A DNA stretch of 64,000 nt, from contig CAVRJM010000001.1 in NCBI GenBank assembly GCA_963722075.1, positions 992,001-1,056,000 on the forward strand. The letters are read 5' to 3'. This document shows, one piece after another, positions 51,109 through 61,000 of this stretch. The position numbers were made by a program, and so were the translations under genes. Source of the stretch: Candidatus Babeliales bacterium. GTDB lineage: Bacteria > Babelota > Babeliae > Babelales > JANWKD01. Numbering within the stretch: position 1 is the stretch's first letter; each line of letters begins with the position of its first letter. The notes under the pieces were generated by a model. The model was not told where the DNA came from. It searched no databases and was given only the letters and a program-made list of their open reading frames with translations.

Positions 51109-52698
51109 ATGTTGTTATATCTTTTAACACTTTTCTTATTTCTATCCCATTCTTGTTTTGCCGATATGCAAAGGGAATTAACTAACCTTAAAGGAAAATT
51201 AAACAATTTGTTATATGGTTTGCAGCCGTCTGCACCACTACCCACTCGCCTACCAACACCTACCTCGACATACCAACCACAACAACAAGTGCCAATCAGC
51301 GCTCGTATGGTAACGCCAACACCAATACAAGATCGCATATTAAATATTCAAAGGCGCCAACAGCAACCAATAAACTTTGGTGATATTTCTGATGAAATAT
51401 TACGCCGTGAAATGATTCTTATTGGATCGTCATGGAACTCTTCTGCAGCTCATTTACCCGCTTTTGAAAATGCCGTACAAGCTTTTTTAACATTTATTCA
51501 ATCAGATCAAGCAAAAAATATTCGCGCTGAGCCCCAACAATTTGTAGAAGTGGTAAATCAATTTCACAAGCTTTTTAACCCAACAGATGTTCAATACCTC
51601 AAAGTACATCTTCAAACGATAACTGATTATGCTAAAAACCATACTGTAAGTAATCATGACAAGCAAATTGTATATAATTTTCTAACACTTATTTCAAACA
51701 TTTTGAATATTATTGCTGAAGAAGTTCTTTCTTATCGTGAAGACATTCTTATTCCTGAAGACCGAACAAAAAATATTTTTTGGGATTCAACACCATCAAA
51801 TATATTTCAATTACCTGGTCATCAAGGTTACCCTCATGTACAAGGTTGGTGGTCAGAATTCATTGGAAAACCCTTAAGAGAACAAGCGCTTCATTATAAA
51901 CAAGGAGTACGCTATCCCGATGCCTTAAATATGGGTTATCTTGATCGCGCAATTCATGCGTTTATTCCAAAACCCGCACCACAACCAACCGTTACTCAGC
52001 CAACTCCACAACCTACGCCAACAACCATGCAACCAGTGCCTCAACAAGCCAGTTCACAACCAACAAGAACCTATCCTCTACGAGAGTTAGCTGAAAAATA
52101 TAAATACATTGACGAAGAATTAGTAGATATTAGTAACGATGACGTACAAATAGTTGCCGCCTCATATTTATATCCTTTTAGTCACAATATCATACAGCAT
52201 CTTTCTCTTTTTGAACGGGCATTAGATAACTTTAGAAATTACTTAGTAACTCAACAAGGCGAAACAATTAACGAACCCGAGAGATTTGTTGAATTAGTAA
52301 GAGAGTTTAGAGATTTTTTTGGTACTGATAAAATAGAAGTGGTAAAACAAGCGCTGGATCATTTGATAAAAATGCCGTCTAGGTCTTTTTCCCCTGAAGA
52401 CAAAGCAATTCTTCATAATTATTTGGATGATCTTTCTTACTTATTAAATCAAGTTTATGAAATTGCTAGTCAATTTGAACAAGATAATCAACGGCTATTA
52501 CATTCAGTTAAATGGGAAGGCGACGAATTTTCTGTTATGGCCCCAGGCGCACGTGATGCATATTTTTGGTTCAATAGCGGTATTGCTCAGCCATTATATG
52601 ATGATGCAAAAGCGCGAGAAAATCCACGTGCTTCGCCAGCAGGCACCCCACTAAACAGCTACTATCTTTTTGATGCAATTAGACACTTTAAACAATAA
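51109..52698 (+). CDS. Secreted protein with two internally repeated helical domains and P/T/Q linkers
   Basis: Signal peptide FLSHSCFA; repeated EP..FV..V..F..FF and LN..YL..AI..F. Confidence 0.8.
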   Translation: MLLYLLTLFLFLSHSCFADMQRELTNLKGKLNNLLYGLQPSAPLPTRLPTPTSTYQPQQQVPISARMVTPTPIQDRILNIQRRQQQPINFGDISDEILRREMILIGSSWNSSAAHLPAFENAVQAFLTFIQSDQAKNIRAEPQQFVEVVNQFHKLFNPTDVQYLKVHLQTITDYAKNHTVSNHDKQIVYNFLTLISNILNIIAEEVLSYREDILIPEDRTKNIFWDSTPSNIFQLPGHQGYPHVQGWWSEFIGKPLREQALHYKQGVRYPDALNMGYLDRAIHAFIPKPAPQPTVTQPTPQPTPTTMQPVPQQASSQPTRTYPLRELAEKYKYIDEELVDISNDDVQIVAASYLYPFSHNIIQHLSLFERALDNFRNYLVTQQGETINEPERFVELVREFRDFFGTDKIEVVKQALDHLIKMPSRSFSPEDKAILHNYLDDLSYLLNQVYEIASQFEQDNQRLLHSVKWEGDEFSVMAPGARDAYFWFNSGIAQPLYDDAKARENPRASPAGTPLNSYYLFDAIRHFKQ

Positions 52699-52711
52699 TC
52701 GTATTATTTTA

Positions 52712-52738
52712 AAAAGGGATGCAGTAGGCATCCCTTTT
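52712..52738. terminator. Bidirectional terminator
   Basis: aaaagggatgc-agtag-gcatccctttt. Confidence 0.8.
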
Positions 52739-52746
52739 ATTTTTTT

Positions 52747-52818
52747 ATTACTTCTTCTACGCTCTTATTTTCATAAATAATACCATGCATCGCTTGCGTT
52801 AATGTGCTTCTTGTAAAC
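52747..52818 (-). pseudogene. Duplicated 3' fragment of the aldolase gene
   Basis: attacttcttctacgctcttattttcataaataataccatgcatcgcttg is identical to the sequence from 54589. Confidence 0.85.
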
Positions 52819-52916
52819 AAGGTACCTTTTTTTAATAAAATCTTGCAAACGCTTTCCTTATTATTATAAAAAATAAAATGATTGATTCCAATACTCTAAT
52901 CCGTACGGAGAAAAAA

Positions 52917-54539
52917 ATGGCCATTTATTTTTTATTAATTTTCTTATTTCTATCCCATTCTTGTTTTGCCGATATACAAGGGGAATTAACTAATCTAAAA
53001 GGAAAATTAAACGATCTATTATATGGATTGCAGCCATCAGCACCTTCTTACCAACCATCATACCAGCCGCCATCATATAAACAACCACAACCAACGCCAA
53101 CCGGTCGTCTAATGACGCCGACACCATTAAAAGATAGCATCATTGATATGTATACTGTGGTAAAAAAGACCCCAATCAGCAGGCTTAATCATATTCCAAA
53201 AATATACCCATTAATGACGAAAATATATTTAGAATGGCTTGCATTATTTGATGGCTTAGACGCTTTTGATTCTGCCTTAAATGATTTCTCAAACTTTATA
53301 AAATCAGGCAAATTAAAAGGAACGATTACTGAACCACAAAAATTTGTTACGTTAGCTGATGCTTTAGATGCTTTTTTTAATGAAGAAAGAATTAAAAAAT
53401 TAAAAAAAAGTATCATTGATTTAATAAAGACTTACCAAGCGAACCCTTCGCAAGTTGATTCAGAAAGCAAAAATCTCATCATTAGTTTTTTTAAACGAAT
53501 TTCAACAATATATAATACGCTTGCCGAAAAAACATCAGAAATCTATGACGATTTGGCTAAGTTTTCAAAAACATTACCAGTAGATATCATTTGGACGGGA
53601 GAAGAAATAGCACAAGGCAAAACACGTACTATGCAACATTGGTTTAATGGATATATTAATATGCCTATGACTTATAAAGCAATGGCATATAATCCATCAA
53701 AAGGAATTACTGAATCGCATTATTTAAATGCAGGATATATTCGTAATGCAATTCAAGCATTCGAAGGACATACGGTAACTTTGCCCGGCATACAACAGCC
53801 AGCTCCTCAACCAACCGCTCAACCACAACCAACTCCGCAACCCATGCCCTCACCAGTGCAACCTGTTACTCAACCAGCGCCGCAACCTACGCCAACGCAA
53901 GCACCATCTGCACCAAAATATCCATTAAGAGATTTAGCAGAAAAATATAAATATCTAGCGACAATACCGGACATTGAAAATTTTAATGTATCAATTGCTG
54001 TTGGATCATATTTATATCCTTTCAATCTCCGTATCATGAATAATCTTTCTCTTTTTGAACGAACATTAGAAAAATTTAAAAATTATTTAATATCACAACA
54101 AGGTGAAACTATTAATGAACCTGATATTTTCGTTGAATTAGTGAAAGAATTTAGAGAGTTTTTCGATACAAAACATATTGCTTCAGCAAAAATGGCATTA
54201 GAGGAATTACTTAAAATTCCATCAAATTCTTTATCTGCTATAGATAAAAAAACAGTTCATACTTATTTAACTGATTTTTCCGATTTATTAAACCAAATCT
54301 ATGAAATTGTTGATCAGTTTGCACAAGATAATCAACGGCTATTACATTCAGTCAAATGGGAAGGAGAGGAATATTCAGTAATGACACCGGGAATCCGTGC
54401 TGCATATTTTTGGTTTAATAATGGTATCTTAGATCCATTACACACTCATGCAGCAGCAAGGAATCCGCTTTCCAGACCCGGTGGAGGACCTCTCAATGCT
54501 GAATATCTTTTTGATGCAATTAGGCACTTTAAACCATAA
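52917..54539 (+). CDS. Tandem paralog of 51109..52698
   Basis: FLSHSCFAD...ELTNLKGKLN.LLYGLQPSAP; QDNQRLLHSVKWEG; YLFDAIRHFK. Confidence 0.85.
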   Translation: MAIYFLLIFLFLSHSCFADIQGELTNLKGKLNDLLYGLQPSAPSYQPSYQPPSYKQPQPTPTGRLMTPTPLKDSIIDMYTVVKKTPISRLNHIPKIYPLMTKIYLEWLALFDGLDAFDSALNDFSNFIKSGKLKGTITEPQKFVTLADALDAFFNEERIKKLKKSIIDLIKTYQANPSQVDSESKNLIISFFKRISTIYNTLAEKTSEIYDDLAKFSKTLPVDIIWTGEEIAQGKTRTMQHWFNGYINMPMTYKAMAYNPSKGITESHYLNAGYIRNAIQAFEGHTVTLPGIQQPAPQPTAQPQPTPQPMPSPVQPVTQPAPQPTPTQAPSAPKYPLRDLAEKYKYLATIPDIENFNVSIAVGSYLYPFNLRIMNNLSLFERTLEKFKNYLISQQGETINEPDIFVELVKEFREFFDTKHIASAKMALEELLKIPSNSLSAIDKKTVHTYLTDFSDLLNQIYEIVDQFAQDNQRLLHSVKWEGEEYSVMTPGIRAAYFWFNNGILDPLHTHAAARNPLSRPGGGPLNAEYLFDAIRHFKP

Positions 54540-54563
54540 TCGTATTATTTTAATAGGGGATGC

Positions 54564-55517
54564 TTACCGCATCCCCTTTATTAAATTGATTACTTCTTCT
54601 ACGCTCTTATTTTCATAAATAATACCATGCATCGCTTGTGTTAATGCAACCGCCTCTTGCAAGCTGCGTTGATGGATATTGCGCCCGGTAGCGCATCCAG
54701 CAACATTCCCTTTATGAATTTGATCATACAATTCTTGTAAAAAAACTTGTGTTGTTGTTTTAGCACCACCAGAAATAATTAATTTAGTTTTACCAGCCGC
54801 TTGCGCTGCGATTTGTAACCACTCATAAGAATTTTTATTACTGGATCCCCACGTCACTTCGTTCCTCGGGACGCCGACGCCAAACGTCGGCGTATTAATT
54901 TTTGCAAAATCGGCCCCAAGCGCAGCGGCCAGGCCTGCAACACCGGCAATAAGACTACCATCACGCTCATTTTTTACTGCATTACCACGTGGATACATCC
55001 ACAAAATAGCAATTAAGCCATGTTGATGCGCTTCATATATAAGCTGCGCCGCTTCATGAAGCATCTGCGGTTCATATACACTGCCCGGATACAAGGTATA
55101 GCCAATCCCAACGATCGAAAGGCCACTATTTTTTTTAAATGAAACTAGTTGATCAATCGTCCATAATTGCCTGCTCAATGGATCACGTTGTTCGGTTTTA
55201 ACCAAATCAGTTTTGCCATTCATTTTTACAATGTAATTAATAGAAGGAAACTGCATACCATATTGCGCAATAAGCCCCAAATGCGTGGCAAATGCGCCAA
55301 CATACCCACGCGCTGCAATGGTAAACATATGCGCCGGATCATTATCAGCCGGATCGATATTGGGACCATAAAAATCACGATTTAAATGTTCTACTTTTTG
55401 ATCGCATGAAAATAACAAGAGCCGATTGGTATCATGAGTTATTTTTCGATAATTTTTTTCATACTCAGCATGTGCATGCTGGGCAATATCAGCAGGTATT
55501 GATAGATCAGATTTCAT
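54564..55517 (-). CDS. Class I (DhnA-type) fructose-bisphosphate aldolase-like protein with an in-frame palindrome insert
   Basis: DQKVEH, ILWMYPRG, LGADFAK, SGG, G.ATGRNIHQ. Confidence 0.85.
   Translation of the reverse strand: MKSDLSIPADIAQHAHAEYEKNYRKITHDTNRLLLFSCDQKVEHLNRDFYGPNIDPADNDPAHMFTIAARGYVGAFATHLGLIAQYGMQFPSINYIVKMNGKTDLVKTEQRDPLSRQLWTIDQLVSFKKNSGLSIVGIGYTLYPGSVYEPQMLHEAAQLIYEAHQHGLIAILWMYPRGNAVKNERDGSLIAGVAGLAAALGADFAKINTPTFGVGVPRNEVTWGSSNKNSYEWLQIAAQAAGKTKLIISGGAKTTTQVFLQELYDQIHKGNVAGCATGRNIHQRSLQEAVALTQAMHGIIYENKSVEEVINLIKGMR
54835..54893. repeat. REP/RPE-like element inside the aldolase CDS
   Basis: ctggatccccacgtcacttcgttcctcggga is the reverse complement of the 51050 unit; encodes part of FGVGVPRNEVTWGSSNK. 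Confidence 0.85.
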
Positions 55518-55599
55518 TTTTTTCTTTCATATTATTTTATAACCGAACCTCATGCATTTTTATCCACTATTCATATTCAAAGTTTTAATCTTTTCGACA

Positions 55600-55880
55600 A
55601 AAACTTGCTGCAAGGATGTAAAATTCGCAAATTAACGTCGTTGCGAGCTTGTCGAAGCAATCCAGTTTTTTATAAATTTCTCATCTTATAAAATTTACAT
55701 TGAATAAAAAATCACAACTCATAAATAACTCCATTTTATTATTTTTATTATCAACTTAAATTTTTATGTATTTGAATACTTTGAATACTCCATTTCTTTT
55801 TAATTAGCCTGGATTGCTTCGACAAGCTCGCAACGACGGTTTTTTTAAACCACATATATTTTACCGCTTGTAACAGTCAA
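55600..55880. repeat. Composite palindromic element with perfect 30-bp inverted arms (55636-55665 and 55809-55838)
   Basis: cgtcgttgcgagcttgtcgaagcaatccag ... ctggattgcttcgacaagctcgcaacgacg. Confidence 0.9.
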
Positions 55881-55901
55881 TAACATTTCAAAATCTAGTT
55901 C

Positions 55902-57608
55902 TTATTTATTAATCATCTTTTCATGAAGCAATAAATCCTGCACCACCCGATCAAATAACGGAACGGCAACCCCCGCTGCCCGTAAATCCTTGCGCTGTGC
56001 ATCTTTAATAAACGTCACAATTAATCGCTTATACTCATCCTTTTCAATTATCCCTACAAACGTATAAATATTATGTTCGGGACTATAATGACCATCAACA
56101 ACTAAGTTTGCAGTTCCCGTTTTGCCCCAGACAGTATACCCTGGCATTCGTATTGCATTATTTTTTTGCAAAATCGTTTTAAGGGTGTTTAACGCGGTAG
56201 GCGAATATAAAGACTTTACCTTTATTAATGGATCACCACGCTCTGCTCGTGATGACATTACTCCCTCATTGTCATCCTGAGGAGCAAAGCGACGTGAGGA
56301 TCCAGCCACCATGTTTATCCCATCATTTTTTATAATAGTAAAAGGTATCAGCCTTCCATCGTTAGCAATAATGGAGAATGCTTGTGCTAATTGTAATAAG
56401 GTGGCTCGAATTTCATACCCAAATGAAAGGGCAATTAATGAGGAATGAGACCACCGTGTAGGAGGATTAACAAATCCTGCCTGCTGGCCTGGCCAATCAA
56501 AGGAGCTTTTTTTACCAAAACCTAATTTTACATAATGATCATATAATAATGGTCCTAAACGCACTGCTGTCTTTGCAATACCGATATTATTAGAATGTTG
56601 AATAACTTCAGCAAATGGGATTATTCCATGCGCTTTAACGGTGGTAAATTGAAACCCATTAATAACGGATGATATGTTATTTTCACAGTCAATTAATTCA
56701 TCAGGACTCACTAATCCTTCTTCAAGTAATGCTAACGCTGTAAATGCTTTCATCACCGAGCCAGGTTCATAGGCATCGGTAACAATTTTATTTTTAGTTT
56801 TTTCTTGTTCTATACTCGTAAAATCATGGGGATTAATCACCGGGTATTGAGCCATTGTTAAAATCTCACCGTTCATTGGATCAAGTACCAGCACCGCTCC
56901 TTCTTGTGCATTAAATTGGCGCACCGTTTTTTTAAGTTCTTGATATACTAAAAATTGCAAATCGTTATCAATTGTCAGGTGAACCGATTGCCCTTCAGAT
57001 CCTTGGCTCATTAACTCTTTTTTAAAATAAAAATGACCTGAACGTGCATCTTTTTCCAAGCAATAGGTAGTGGGGCTTCCTGAAAGATGCATATTATTAA
57101 TCAGCTCTATACCAAATAAACCGTTGTTATCAATATCAGTGATGCCAATAATATGAGAAAGTGCTTTACCGGGATAAAATCTACTTGGTTCTTTTAATAA
57201 TTTAATATCATCGATATCACTTGATTCAATAACATAAATATCCCGCTCAGATAATTTTCGTTTAATATACATAAACGACGTATGCGGGTTAGCATGCAAG
57301 CGCGCTAGTGCTTGTGGAAAATGCTTTTTTAAAAAAGGTTCTACTCGTTCTACTTTATCTAATTGATTAGGCAAAATAAAAGCTGAAAGAATATCTTGAT
57401 TAAGGGCAAGCATAGTATTATGGCGATCGTAAATAATACCTCGCGGCGGAAGCTGCTTTACCGTTACTTTATATTGCTGTTGCCCTAAATGAGTAAAAAA
57501 ATTGCGTTGCTTAATCTGAATCATATAGAGCATGCCAATAATCAAAAAATAGCCAAAGCAAAAAAGGAAAAATACAAAAACCATTCGAATTTTATAACTG
57601 GTATTCAT
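55902..57608 (-). CDS. ftsI: Class B penicillin-binding protein (FtsI) with an in-frame palindrome insert
   Basis: RG.IYDR, EPGSVMK (SxxK), SNN (SxN), GKTGT; follows ftsL. Confidence 0.88.
   Translation of the reverse strand: MNTSYKIRMVFVFFLFCFGYFLIIGMLYMIQIKQRNFFTHLGQQQYKVTVKQLPPRGIIYDRHNTMLALNQDILSAFILPNQLDKVERVEPFLKKHFPQALARLHANPHTSFMYIKRKLSERDIYVIESSDIDDIKLLKEPSRFYPGKALSHIIGITDIDNNGLFGIELINNMHLSGSPTTYCLEKDARSGHFYFKKELMSQGSEGQSVHLTIDNDLQFLVYQELKKTVRQFNAQEGAVLVLDPMNGEILTMAQYPVINPHDFTSIEQEKTKNKIVTDAYEPGSVMKAFTALALLEEGLVSPDELIDCENNISSVINGFQFTTVKAHGIIPFAEVIQHSNNIGIAKTAVRLGPLLYDHYVKLGFGKKSSFDWPGQQAGFVNPPTRWSHSSLIALSFGYEIRATLLQLAQAFSIIANDGRLIPFTIIKNDGINMVAGSSRRFAPQDDNEGVMSSRAERGDPLIKVKSLYSPTALNTLKTILQKNNAIRMPGYTVWGKTGTANLVVDGHYSPEHNIYTFVGIIEKDEYKRLIVTFIKDAQRKDLRAAGVAVPLFDRVVQDLLLHEKMINK
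56223..56305. repeat. REP/RPE-like doublet inside ftsI
   Basis: tattaatggatcaccacgctctgctcgtgatgac...gtcatcctgaggagcaaagcgacgtgaggatccag; encodes GSSRRFAPQDDNEGVMSSRAERGDPLI. Confidence 0.9.
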
Positions 57609-57610
57609 AG

Positions 57611-57883
57611 CTATGATTCAATAGAGAGTGATTTAATTGCTTTTGGGTTTATTTTTTCCATCTTTAATTCATGCTGCGCGTAATGCTTGATAGCCGTTTT
57701 ATCTTGAGCCATACATAATTTTTGCTGCAACCGTTCTTTTTCTTTTAATAACGCATTTTTTACTTTTTCTTGTTGTTGCTTTTGAAATGATAATTCAACA
57801 ATACGGCTATTTTTATATATAAGAAAAAAAATCAACAAAACTTGGACGCTCATAACTATTAGTATAAAAGGGGAACGCTTCAT
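57611..57883 (-). CDS. ftsL: FtsL-like cell division protein
   Basis: TM plus coiled coil, I..YA..ELKM; directly upstream of ftsI. Confidence 0.7.
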   Translation of the reverse strand: MKRSPFILIVMSVQVLLIFFLIYKNSRIVELSFQKQQQEKVKNALLKEKERLQQKLCMAQDKTAIKHYAQHELKMEKINPKAIKSLSIES

Positions 57884-58056
57884 ATGCCACTTCTTTAATA
57901 AAAAAATTTTATTTTATTAAAGCATAGCGTAATAGTTGCATAGTTATAAAGAGATTAAAGAGGGCTTTTGACAAATTGAAATTAATATTTATATTGGTAA
58001 TTATAGATATTAATATTTTTAGAATTTATTTCTATTTTAAAAAATGTGAGGTTATA

Positions 58057-61000
58057 ATGGTCAAGTGTTTCTATTTCTGTTTTTCTCTTCTGTTTATGGG
58101 CGTATTTGCCGCTTCAGGCATGGAAGATCCACAAAAAGATGATGCTTCTCCTTTTACAGCAAAAAAATTTATCATAACTCATAAATCAACGGTAGGCGCT
58201 GAATACGGAACCGAAGTTCATAATGAAGCACTCGAAAATGATATAAAAAAAGAATTACAGTCACTTCCTTTTGAAGTAGAGCCGTTAAAGGGCTCGTTAT
58301 TTCTTATGGAATATGAGAGTGGCGATAAAACCCTTGGTGTTGTACATGATTTAACAGCACAAAAAATATTTATTTCGTATATTGAGCAAAAAGATCCACA
58401 TAATATCAAAAATTTACGTGTTGTAGTTGAACGTGAGCGTGAGTTAGAGAGAGAAGCAGGTTCAGACGAATATTTACCGGGTAAATTTAAATCACGAACA
58501 TCTGTGTTTTATGATATTGCGTCGCCTTACTATAAAGAACCAGTAGAAAAATCAGACAATCCCGTTTCTAAACACGTATGGTATAATCCATTTACATGGG
58601 GCAGATCGGATAGGGAAACTCCTAATGAAAATATTCGTAAATTCCAAGAAAACAGCAGATCCAAGTTTGAACAACAAAAAATGCAAAATAAACAAACGGG
58701 CGATCGAATTGATTATAAATTTGCCTCAAAAGAAGACCAAAAGATGTTTGAAAATACTGTTCAATCTATTATGGATCATTACCATAATCCTGAGGGACAA
58801 CAAGCTATAAAAAAATATTGTGATCAGTATAATTCAACTACTTATCAATTAGCAAGGCAAGAAGCAGAAAAAAGGATGTCACAAGCATTTACCTCTACAA
58901 TGAAAATCCCTTTCAATGCTTCCCAAAAAGAAGAACCTAAAAAAGAGCCAATGATCCCTATCTATAATGATCGACAAGAAATTATCGGATCTATGCCGGC
59001 CAGTCAGATTGATGCAGTTTTAGCAGATCAACCCGGAACACATAATGCTGAAGAAAATCAAAATACAGAAAATGCTCAACCAGATGAAAAAGCAGAGCAA
59101 TTTTTTGAAGAAAAAATAAAAGAGCATGAAAAAGAAAATAAGGAAAATAAAGAAAAACAAGAAGAAGAACAAAGCTCAAAAGAAAAAGATAACAAAGAAA
59201 AAGAAGATAAAAAATCAACTTCTGAAAAACCTAAAAGAGATATTCAAACTGAATTTGAAACGGTGAAACGGCATTCAAGCTATAAAAGCAAAATGTTAAA
59301 TGAAATAAAAAATAGCACTTTAGGCCGAAACTCCGCTATTCCTCAAGAACTTACTCAACATCATCAAAGAAATAATTATAACGCACAAATACAAGAAATT
59401 CGCCAAACAGCAGCGACATCACCACAACAACAGCAAAAGGATCAATTCGTCCAATCCATAAATCCTTCGTACGCACCTTCTTATCCACAAAAACAACATA
59501 ATTCCTCGCAACCACCAATTAATCAACATGCATTAGATCGAGGATATCAACTTCAAGCGACTGGTTTTAAATCAAAAGTTGTTGAACAATATGAAGCGCA
59601 ACAACAGCAATCCCAGCCTCAGCCTTATATGCCATGGTATCATGATGATGATGAAGATGACGAGGATGATAAGGAGGATGATGCCTGCTATCAAAGGGTT
59701 GCATATCATAACTATATGATATATAAACAAGAACAAAAACAACAAAAACGACACGCTCAAATTAATGAGCTTAGTAATAACTTACATGATCCTTTATTAA
59801 CTGATATCGATCATCAAAAAATCTTTAATGAATTACAAGAAATAAAAGAACTTCAACGAGGAAGAAGAAAATGGAATCATAACCAGCCCATTACAATTGC
59901 AGAATTAGATGACGATTTATTAAGCTACTTGGGTAGTACAATTGATGTTTGCATAATTAAACAACGTCAAAATAAAACGCTTGAAAATCTTCAAGAGGAA
60001 GCGAAAAAAAGAGAGGAGCGAAAATATAAACAAGAGCAAGAACGTATTCAAAAAGAAAAACTTCTAGAAGAACATCATGCCTTGCAAAATAAAGTTCATT
60101 CCTTAAAAAATACGAGAGAAAACCGAAATAAAATTTCAAATCCCACGTATGTATCATTATATAAAACAATCACGGGGTTGCATGATAATGCAACGTCTAA
60201 AAGTGCTACCCTACCGGTATTGACATCTGATAATACGATTGAGCAAATTAAAGAAAAAAATAAGGAGTTGGAACACTCTATTACTTCTTTAGAAAATCAA
60301 AGTAAAGAAAGCCAAAAACAATATAATAAATTGCAACGCCAAATTAAGGAATCAAAAAATCAATACATTTCTATACGATCTACTTTAGATATTGCTGATT
60401 CTAGAAAAGAAAATTGGACAGCTGTTCAAGCAGGGTTACGTTATCAAAGACGATTACAACAATTAAGAGCGCAACCAATAACATTACCGCCATCAAACAG
60501 AGCGCATAAGAAATCGACAAATAGCGCCTCTTCAAAAAAAGAAGAGTCTTTGCAATCAGATGATGATCAACAATCGGTAAAAAAACATGAAGTACCTTCA
60601 AGTGCACAACCTACTTCTTTGGAAGATTGCGATACAATAATTCAAAATGATCAAAATATAGCCTACTTGCTAGATCATATTTCTGCTACTGATATGATCG
60701 TAACTTCACAAGGCCAGGATTTTTTAGAACGATCAGGAATTGATGTACAAAAATGTATGGAATTCAATGGAAATGAACAGCAAAACGCACTCAACGATAA
60801 GCTCCTAAATTTTGCTAATTATATTGGTAACAAAATAGCTACTGATGAAAGTGAATTAGCACAAAAAGTCAGAAGAATCGGTACTAATGTTCTTCACGTA
60901 GTAAATTGTTGCAAAGAACAAAATTTAATTGAAGCTGGCTCAGCTTTATTACAACTTTCAACTGATTTAATAAGATTCAGCACTATTCCGGAAGAAACTA

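Noticed and set aside
57976..58056. TTG start of the 1450-aa ORF
   Set aside because: AT-rich leader; the ATG at 58057 has an RBS and begins the signal peptide
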